Source of the DNA: an uncultured virus (IMG/VR IMGVR_UViG_3300032668_000011)
Lineage: Duplodnaviria; Heunggongvirae; Uroviricota; Caudoviricetes
Length of the DNA: 20,000 nt
Virus record (IMG/VR): IMGVR_UViG_3300032668_000011
Location: 55,645 to 75,644 of that record
Strand: one strand, 5' to 3'
The notes beneath the pieces were generated by a model. It searched no databases. It saw only the letters and a program-made list of their open reading frames with translations, and was not told the DNA's origin. How positions within the stretch are numbered: position 1 is the stretch's first letter; each line of letters begins with the position of its first letter. The position numbers and the translations under genes were made by a program. Below are positions 13,391 through 20,000 of the stretch, piece after piece.

Positions 13391-14665
13391 ATGAATGCGC
13401 CCGCGATCCACGTGCACACCGTGTCAGACCGTTCGACCGTCAAGTACGTACAGTTCATGTGGGATACGATGCGTAACCTGGCGACTCGCCCTGACGATCT
13501 TAGGTTGACTGTGCATTGCCTAGGAAACATCGTCAACGCGTTCGGTGAACTGAAGAACGGACGCTGCGTCATCGTCAACATCAACAAGGACAATGAAACA
13601 GGATCGAACGCGCATGCCGCCGGCGTTGCTGACGCGATCAGGCAAACAAACGACGGCGCGATTCACATCATAGCCGACTCTGACACCGTCGTTGTCGTGA
13701 AAGGTTGGGACGACTACGTCAGGTGTAAGCTCATCGATGAAAAGATCGGGATTGTCGGCGTGACGTATGAGGACGTCGGCGGCTTCAGCTCGGGCGACAA
13801 GAGAACGCAAACGTACAAAGGCATACCGAACGTCGTCTGGTGCGCACTATCGCCTAGGCACAGTTGGTCAGGATTGTCCGTGATGCCTGCGAAGCACAAG
13901 ACTTTCCAGATCAGCAATGATCGTATGTCAAAGATCTACAACCTACCAATCGGGTACGACCTGTTGCGCGATGTTGCATGGCAGATCCCGCAGTACCTTG
14001 CCGACAACAACATCACGTACGTCGGCTGGAAACACCTGAAGGGATCACGCGGTGGGAAGGTCCTTGCGAAGGACATCAGCGATTACAGTGAAGAATTTCA
14101 TGTCGATGATGGAATCCCGTTCGTCGTCCACCAGCGCGGAAGCCTCAGGAACGGCTACCGTGACAATGGAGTCTCCAAGAACTTTTACGATCGCGTGGAT
14201 GCGCACCTGAACGTTGAAAGTGCTGCGCCACCGAGATGGACGTGGAATGGAATGTACGAGGTCGTCACGCCATCGCCTGCGATTGTGTCGGTCGATCCGA
14301 TCATACCTGACGATCCCACTGCGTCGTCGGGGGACGGTGGCAATTGCCCAGCGGGCGAATGGATCAAGGCAACATTTGATGGGACTATCGTGTGGCCCAA
14401 GCAAAGGACGCCGGCCCCTAAGACGCTTGACGTCAAGTTCTTACCCGATCATGGGATCAAGAGCCTGAGGCTCGAAGGGACGACGAAAGATCTGTTCGTT
14501 GCAGTCCCTCCGCTGAACGGGTACGCTCACGCGATGACGATCAGGAACATGACAGCGGGCGTCGTGACTGTCAAAACGTCAGAAGGCGATCGCACCGTCG
14601 CAGTGCCCAAGGACGCGTGTTGGATGTTGCTCGTTGATATTGACGGCGTCGTGCACGTTACGTAG
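13391..14665 (+). CDS. putative GT-A fold glycosyltransferase with a C-terminal beta-rich domain
   Basis: The only long plus-strand ORF; HIIADSDTVVV (DxD) after SNAHAAGV; Pro-rich linker; start ATG 13391 (ORF open from 13337). Confidence 0.6.
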   Translation: MNAPAIHVHTVSDRSTVKYVQFMWDTMRNLATRPDDLRLTVHCLGNIVNAFGELKNGRCVIVNINKDNETGSNAHAAGVADAIRQTNDGAIHIIADSDTVVVVKGWDDYVRCKLIDEKIGIVGVTYEDVGGFSSGDKRTQTYKGIPNVVWCALSPRHSWSGLSVMPAKHKTFQISNDRMSKIYNLPIGYDLLRDVAWQIPQYLADNNITYVGWKHLKGSRGGKVLAKDISDYSEEFHVDDGIPFVVHQRGSLRNGYRDNGVSKNFYDRVDAHLNVESAAPPRWTWNGMYEVVTPSPAIVSVDPIIPDDPTASSGDGGNCPAGEWIKATFDGTIVWPKQRTPAPKTLDVKFLPDHGIKSLRLEGTTKDLFVAVPPLNGYAHAMTIRNMTAGVVTVKTSEGDRTVAVPKDACWMLLVDIDGVVHVT

Positions 14666-15017
14666 ACCTCGGACATCTCCGCATGACGATGAACGCTCCG
14701 ATCGCAGCGATGAGTATGAGCGCCTGCTCGACGTACGTCACCTGCCTGTTCGATGGGATGAACCCGAAGACGTAACGAGCGAACTTGACTGTAAACCACT
14801 CGTTGTCCCACGTCCCACCGGCCCACCTCGCCATGCGTGTCAGGATGCACTCTCCCAGGATGTAGTGTGACACGCGGTTGACGACGATGAACGACACGAC
14901 GTAGATCGCAGACCATGTCGAGAGAACGCGCCACCTGTGCCAGAACATGAACGGGAAGGACGCGACCCATGCGACCATCAGCAACGCGTGGATGAACTCA
15001 ATGATCGTCGTCATCAT
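14658..15017 (-). CDS. membrane protein (DUF2784-like pattern)
   Basis: About 3 hydrophobic segments, FIHALL and GECILT motifs. Confidence 0.65.
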   Translation of the reverse strand: MMTTIIEFIHALLMVAWVASFPFMFWHRWRVLSTWSAIYVVSFIVVNRVSHYILGECILTRMARWAGGTWDNEWFTVKFARYVFGFIPSNRQVTYVEQALILIAAIGAFIVMRRCPRST

Positions 15018-15312
15018 CGAGTACAATGTGAAACAGGTCGACATGTTGATGCGTGCCGAACGTAGTAGTGGCGTCCTTCGCAGTCCACATCACGTGTACG
15101 GTTGATTTCTTCACGTCTGTACCCGGCATGAACATCTCGAACCTCTCTTCCACGCCTATGACGATGCCGATGCGTCCACTTCTACGAACGGAGAAGTTCC
15201 TCAATTCAACGAGGTCACCAGGCGCAAAGTTCTCGTCCCATTCCTTGCTGATGCGTATGATCTGCTTTTGCGTGAGAACAGGCTCGACGGTTGATCCGGA
15301 CTTGAACATCAT
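14998..15312 (-). CDS. hypothetical protein (possible SH3/KOW-like fold)
   Basis: FAPGDLVEL...GRIGIVIGV...VHVMW; ATGA-coupled to the upstream gene. Confidence 0.65.
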   Translation of the reverse strand: MMFKSGSTVEPVLTQKQIIRISKEWDENFAPGDLVELRNFSVRRSGRIGIVIGVEERFEMFMPGTDVKKSTVHVMWTAKDATTTFGTHQHVDLFHIVLDDDDDH

Positions 15313-15644
15313 TTCCCGACGCTACGCAGGGCCCTTGCGATCGCTCTGCACTCCGCCATCTTTGAGTACCACATATCATCGAGCTTCTTCGTCAGTAGAT
15401 GAAAGATTGATTCATCAGCGTTATCACCCCAAGCACACCAGTACCCTTCAAGAGAGCCGCAATTAACGAGGTAGGATACCCCACGAGCATTTTTGCAGCA
15501 CTCTCCTCGGTCAGGGTGTGCCTCGCAGGAGCCTTCTACCTTACAACTGGAAACAAGCGTGTCATTCCTCGACCAGGCGCAGTCGATCTCCGTGAGCAAC
15601 GTCGCGATCCTGTCAACGTAGTTCGCAGGAGGCAGTTCGTTCAT
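15309..15644 (-). CDS. hypothetical Cys-rich protein
   Basis: 111 aa; ATG 6 nt after a promoter -10. Confidence 0.65.
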   Translation of the reverse strand: MNELPPANYVDRIATLLTEIDCAWSRNDTLVSSCKVEGSCEAHPDRGECCKNARGVSYLVNCGSLEGYWCAWGDNADESIFHLLTKKLDDMWYSKMAECRAIARALRSVGK

Positions 15645-15650
15645 GGTCGT

Positions 15651-15680
15651 ACAGTACCATCAGCGTGCCTGGACTTGCAC
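15651..15680 (-). promoter_or_regulatory. putative phage promoter (leaderless)
   Basis: GTGCAA-N18-TACTGT with TGG before the -10, then 6 nt to ATG. Confidence 0.65.
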
Positions 15681-16061
15681 CTCTCGCCAACGTGTCGACC
15701 GCTTCTCCTGAAGTGCACGTATCACTTCGTCCGCGCGACCGCCCTTCCCAGCGTGACGATCATGGCGGATGCCCTTTTCATTGTTGCACCTGCTGCAAGC
15801 CAGCGCAAGATTGTGAGGATCGGTGGGATCACCTCCGTCGCATAACGGTGCGATGTGCTCGATCGTTGACTCTGTTGAACCTTGCATCGTCACGTAGAGA
15901 TGTGTCTCACAGTGGATACAGCGTCCCATCCAACCAATCTGACTTCTTAGAGACAGACGATGTGCAAACTCTTCTAGCGTCGGACGTCCGACGACGGGAG
16001 AGAATGTGTTGTCAGTGGCGACGATCGACAGGACTACCTCAGCTCTCTTGTTTTTGTTCAT
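15660..16061 (-). CDS. HNH endonuclease
   Basis: CIHC...TIEHIAPLCDGG....NLALACSRCNNEKG; start ATG 16061 (MNKNKR). Confidence 0.88.
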   Translation of the reverse strand: MNKNKRAEVVLSIVATDNTFSPVVGRPTLEEFAHRLSLRSQIGWMGRCIHCETHLYVTMQGSTESTIEHIAPLCDGGDPTDPHNLALACSRCNNEKGIRHDRHAGKGGRADEVIRALQEKRSTRWREVQVQAR

Positions 16062-16692
16062 ACTTAATTTCACCGTTGATAACAACACGCTTACAACCTT
16101 TATTACCGGGAGAACGACCCTTACTAGCGAGCGATATCTTTGACCGTGTGACATCACTCATTCGTTTTCCCCTGTGAGAAAGGGACATTTTCATCTTTGT
16201 TTCATCTGATAATGGGTGTGCATCAAATGTAGCCTTGACCGCAGCTGACAATTTTGCTTTGTGTGTATCAGATTTTGCCTTTCCTTTGAAAGAGGCAGAC
16301 ATTCTTGCACGAGTTTCTATTGATAGATGACATCCTGCAGTGCCTTCGCCACCATGAGTGAAGTTACACCCGATGTCGTTGTCATCATCATGTGAATGGT
16401 TCGTCGAAAACGTCTTCATCAACGTGATATTCTCAATCTCCCAAGTACATGCCGCTACGTCAGCAGGACATCTTTCGCCAGAAAGATGTTTATGTTCATT
16501 GCACATAAATGATATGCATTCCTCAACACGAAGTCCAAGTCGTTTGACGATTGCATGCCACTTGTGATTACGTTTATGTAAACTTCTAGAACGACCTTCA
16601 AGTCCCTTACCCACATTGAAGCAGCGAGAAGGTTCTTCAAGAGACCAATGTTTGTAACCATAGAACGTCTTTGCGCTAGCGCGTTCACTCAT
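16039..16692 (-). CDS. GIY-YIG-like homing endonuclease with NUMOD3 repeats
   Basis: FYGYKH...CFNVGKG...R, CNFTHGGEG, repeats HLSIETRARMS / LSDETKMKMSLSHRGK / MSDVTRSKIS; AT-richer than its flanks. Confidence 0.8.
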   Translation of the reverse strand: MSERASAKTFYGYKHWSLEEPSRCFNVGKGLEGRSRSLHKRNHKWHAIVKRLGLRVEECISFMCNEHKHLSGERCPADVAACTWEIENITLMKTFSTNHSHDDDNDIGCNFTHGGEGTAGCHLSIETRARMSASFKGKAKSDTHKAKLSAAVKATFDAHPLSDETKMKMSLSHRGKRMSDVTRSKISLASKGRSPGNKGCKRVVINGEIKYEQKQES

Positions 16693-16710
16693 AATCAATT
16701 CTACAGTTCG

Positions 16711-17595
16711 TTACAAGGATTGTTCACTTGCATCATCAGAGTTTTCTTCTCCCTCTTCTCCTTCGACGCCCTCGCCTTCTTCGCCTTCTTCCCCATCGCC
16801 CGATCCTACATCACTTGCCGGCGCCTTTGCACTTGGCCCCAACATCGTTGATGTATCGCCTCCACCAGAGAGTTGCCAAATTTCGGGCGCTCTGCGAGAT
16901 GCATTTCCTTCCTCACCGTTTACCGCAGGATGCGACGTTGAATCCCTGCGATCGGGTGGGTGAAAGCCCAAGCGTGACGCAGGATCCTCAGTGCGGAACG
17001 GATCGCCTGCCGTCCCCTTCTGTTGCCCGGGCGACTTGTACCACGTAGCGGACAAGTCGTCAGTGCCCGTGTGATCCTTGACAGGGTCATAATTCGTGTA
17101 GAAACCCTTCGGGTCCTTCGTGGGATCCACCATGCCCGCTCCGGCAGGGTATTCCTGAAGCATGTATCGTTTGATCTCACGGTTGAGCATCGTTGCTTCC
17201 TGGACGTCCTTCATCACCTCGTTGTCAGGCGGGTCGCCCAGAGACAATTTTTCATCGTCACCACGCAAGTGGGCGGAGATCCTGAAGTCATCGCTGTCTG
17301 GGTCATTGCGATCCTTCTCTCCATTGCCGAGGTTATCGCCTATGTTGAAGCCGTCAGTCTCACCGAGAGGTTCTCCCAACCTGGACGCTTCGTCGTCATC
17401 GAGGGGCTCTCCCTCGGTCGGATTCCACCTACCGGGAACCCATGCCTCTTCATCGATCGCAGCACTGTCCGGTAACTCTGATGGAAGATGACCCGGAGTC
17501 TGTGCATCATCGTCGCTGCGCGCTGAACTGCTGTTTGCACGAGCAACAAGTTCCTCATTGATGAGCCTGCGTAGGTCGCCTAGTCTGATCTTCAC
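16711..17595 (-). CDS. acidic low-complexity protein, probable virion/head protein
   Basis: 294 aa D/E/G/P-rich; N-terminal MKIRLGDLRRLINEEL motif shared with the kinase. Confidence 0.7.
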   Translation of the reverse strand: MKIRLGDLRRLINEELVARANSSSARSDDDAQTPGHLPSELPDSAAIDEEAWVPGRWNPTEGEPLDDDEASRLGEPLGETDGFNIGDNLGNGEKDRNDPDSDDFRISAHLRGDDEKLSLGDPPDNEVMKDVQEATMLNREIKRYMLQEYPAGAGMVDPTKDPKGFYTNYDPVKDHTGTDDLSATWYKSPGQQKGTAGDPFRTEDPASRLGFHPPDRRDSTSHPAVNGEEGNASRRAPEIWQLSGGGDTSTMLGPSAKAPASDVGSGDGEEGEEGEGVEGEEGEENSDDASEQSL

Positions 17596-17607
17596 GTGAG
17601 TAACTAT

Positions 17608-18912
17608 TCACTTCCTTGGATCTGCGTTGAACACGTCGATGATGCGCATCGCAACCTTGTCCCACGTGTTCTCTGAAATGTACTCGAGTTGACGGTCAAC
17701 CTGAACTTTGCGCGCACATGGATTCGAGAACATGCAGTCAAGATTGTTCGCAATTTCCTCAGGCGTGTCAGCCTTGATCGTTGGAACATCAGAGAAGTGA
17801 TTTGCGCTCGAAGTGATGACTGGTAACGCCTTCGACATCGCGTAACGTGCAGCACCGGACGCACCGAACACCTCGTGTTCATGGTGAGTGACGTATGGAA
17901 ACACGATCGCCTGGTTCGTTCTCATGTATGAGTCAAGCGCAGTGTCAGACTGATAGCCGCGAATGATCGCCACGTTGTTTGACATGTCGAGCTCGTTGAC
18001 CAACCTCATAAGCTCATCGTAGTACACCTGGTGATCGACAGCATTGAACGGTGACTCGCTGAATAGGGCCGTGAAGAAGACATCACTGTATTTTTCGTGC
18101 AGCACATGTGCGGCTCGAATCGCCGTCTCCCAACCCTTGTACCTGAAACCGAACCCTGCTTGCATGAACGTGTGCTCGCTCTTGTAGAAGTTCCACAGGC
18201 GCTCAGTTTCAGTGACTGGCATGCAACCGTGCGGGATGACGTGGATCGGCGCTGTGATCCCTTTTTCATCCTGCAACACCTTCCTCGCGCCGTCGAGGTG
18301 AACTATGATCTCAGGCATCGCTGCCTCGACAATCGTCTTGTCACGATGATGAAAGACTGAATGCATAGTCACGATGACACGATAGTCGCTGAGCTGGCTC
18401 ATGAACGACAACCATGCCGCAGCATTGCTCCACAGGCCAAATTCGTGTTGGATCCACACGATATCGGGGTCGTACGACTTGATCTCGCCGATCAACTCTC
18501 CCAGAGGTTGTCCTCTGTTCCAGCACGACATGACCTTGTCGGGCGGCACGGCAAGGTTTCCTATGACGTTGATCGGGCCGGTCGGACAGTCATTTCTCTC
18601 GATGAACAGTTTGAAATCGCCGACGTGCTTAGCGACCTCGGGCCACAGGTTCTCACTGTACGTCGCGATGCCGCATCGCATCTTCCAATTGCCGACGAAC
18701 GCTACTTTGAGTGTGGATGCTTTGCCGCCGTACCGTCGCTTCAATCTCCCGTTGACAACGCGAAAATCTGTGAAGACGCTTGCCTTGGAAAACTCACAAC
18801 CATCAGTCGGGACGTTCAGAACCTCAATTCCTGGGTCATCGCTGACAATCGGCGAGCTTGATACGACGTAGATGCTTCCGCTACGGATCCCTGCGTACAG
18901 ATTCTTCGACAC
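17608..18912 (-). CDS. glycosyltransferase family 4 (GT-B)
   Basis: CGIATYS, PDIVWIQHEFGL, VTMHSV, VIPHG, GFGFRYKGWE, SGAARYAMSKALPVITS; GTG start at 18912 with AAGGAG SD. Confidence 0.88.
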   Translation of the reverse strand: MSKNLYAGIRSGSIYVVSSSPIVSDDPGIEVLNVPTDGCEFSKASVFTDFRVVNGRLKRRYGGKASTLKVAFVGNWKMRCGIATYSENLWPEVAKHVGDFKLFIERNDCPTGPINVIGNLAVPPDKVMSCWNRGQPLGELIGEIKSYDPDIVWIQHEFGLWSNAAAWLSFMSQLSDYRVIVTMHSVFHHRDKTIVEAAMPEIIVHLDGARKVLQDEKGITAPIHVIPHGCMPVTETERLWNFYKSEHTFMQAGFGFRYKGWETAIRAAHVLHEKYSDVFFTALFSESPFNAVDHQVYYDELMRLVNELDMSNNVAIIRGYQSDTALDSYMRTNQAIVFPYVTHHEHEVFGASGAARYAMSKALPVITSSANHFSDVPTIKADTPEEIANNLDCMFSNPCARKVQVDRQLEYISENTWDKVAMRIIDVFNADPRK

Positions 18913-19903
18913 GGGATCTCCTTTCCTGCGTGACGATCTGCGACATGGCGGAGGCAAGACCGTCGTACACCTCCCGAGAAACACGTGATGGTTCACACTT
19001 TGACTTCATCGCAGACTTGCACGCCGAGAACAACCCATCCTTCGTTAGGCCGTGATATGGAAGATTTTCGCCGCGGCGTGGCCATGCATACTTCAACTTA
19101 TCATGATGATCGATTGAGATGCATGGGACTCCCGCCATCTCCGCAAGGATGATGCCGTGATAACGCTGCGTGATGACGACCTTGTACCTGCTGACGAGAT
19201 TCGTCAGGTGTTGACTGTCAACTGGCTGGTTTGCATGCAGGTCGAAGTATGTTGAGCGATTCTTCATCCTTGCAACGATCTCCGTTGCCACCCAGGCATC
19301 GTTCACCGAGCTGTTCTGGCACATGATCAGGAACGCCGGACACTTCGTTAGACGTTCATCGATGACCTGGTCCATGAACTGGGCACACTCGTCCTTAAAA
19401 CGCTCGAATGCGACGTGTTTCCAGTGAGGCTCGTTCCACGTGGGTAACACCTCTACGTTTGGAATGAATAGAACATCGTGCTTATCATCGTCAACGTCGC
19501 CTTGAGGCAATGCATACACGAGGTCAGGCGCTCCGTATGTTTGCTTGGGAACCCAATCGGGCCACGGTGTGGGGGAACGTGTGATGACTACCCTTGCGAT
19601 CTGCATGAGCGATCGGTGATCAGCATGAACCTCTGTTTCGATCCCGACACCCACGTAGAAGCATGGCCGCATGTTCTTCTGCAACATGTCAAACGCATCC
19701 TTGTCAATGACGGGCTTGTCATACAGCATGCTGCCGCCGCCGAAGATGACGCCATCGCTCTGGATGAGCATCGTGCCGGTTATGTAGTCAACGAACTGCA
19801 GGTCGATGCCGTGAGGATTCAGCATCGACAGCAACGCTTGCGCCATCAATTCATCGCCGAGATTCCCGCGCCCGTACCAGCCGTACACCAAGACCTTTGC
19901 CAT
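18881..19903 (-). CDS. polysaccharide pyruvyl transferase family protein (CsaB/WcaK-like)
   Basis: GWYGRGNLGDELM, IFGGGSML, GVGI, PDLVYAL, VITQRYHGIILA; ATG 19903 lies 6 nt after TACAAT. Confidence 0.88.
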   Translation of the reverse strand: MAKVLVYGWYGRGNLGDELMAQALLSMLNPHGIDLQFVDYITGTMLIQSDGVIFGGGSMLYDKPVIDKDAFDMLQKNMRPCFYVGVGIETEVHADHRSLMQIARVVITRSPTPWPDWVPKQTYGAPDLVYALPQGDVDDDKHDVLFIPNVEVLPTWNEPHWKHVAFERFKDECAQFMDQVIDERLTKCPAFLIMCQNSSVNDAWVATEIVARMKNRSTYFDLHANQPVDSQHLTNLVSRYKVVITQRYHGIILAEMAGVPCISIDHHDKLKYAWPRRGENLPYHGLTKDGLFSACKSAMKSKCEPSRVSREVYDGLASAMSQIVTQERRSRVEESVRRDP

Positions 19904-20000
19904 GCCTTGATTGTACACGATCTACGTCACTCTGGGATGTAGATCTTCCACAAGATAGTTCGCGCTGTGCTCACCGTCCAGATGATCTTGAGCCGTAGCT

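Noticed and set aside
1..20000. CRISPR array or rRNA
   Set aside because: No regularly spaced direct repeats; the repeated motifs are tRNA D and T arms. No rRNA signatures.
19927..20000. 3' end of a minus-strand CDS at the window edge
   Set aside because: Too short to support a call.

Overview
This 20 kb window looks like part of a large (jumbo/huge) tailed-phage genome, almost entirely minus-strand. The host is probably Myxococcota, inferred from myxobacterial-style FGE-sulfatase and HNH proteins. The left part encodes a partial FGE/SUMF1-domain protein, an ATP-dependent DNA ligase, an HEXXH metallopeptidase, a MoxR-like AAA+ ATPase, and an RpoD-like sigma factor that lacks region 4.2, with a separate HTH gene nearby. 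The middle (about 9.5-13.3 kb) is a tRNA array of 13 canonical tRNAs interleaved with at least 6 non-canonical tRNA-like RNAs, several folded spacers, a protein kinase and an HNH nuclease. The right part has glycosyltransferases, a pyruvyltransferase, HNH and GIY-YIG/NUMOD3 nucleases, and an acidic putative virion protein. Main finding: an unannotated 23-codon leader ORF (13063-13134, MKTSTYNKDQQKQWQYAAANTDT) precedes alternative hairpins and an intrinsic terminator directly upstream of the array. Its codons use all 11 distinct anticodons encoded downstream, suggesting a ribosome-stalling attenuator that turns on the tRNA operon when those tRNAs are depleted. Other candidates are a mini tmRNA-like Ala RNA, a 131-nt tRNA with a giant variable region, a 16-bp inverted repeat bracketing the array, pseudoknotted ncRNAs, and a recurrent GTGYAA-N17/18-TANNNT promoter. 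All folds were read by eye and no searches were run.
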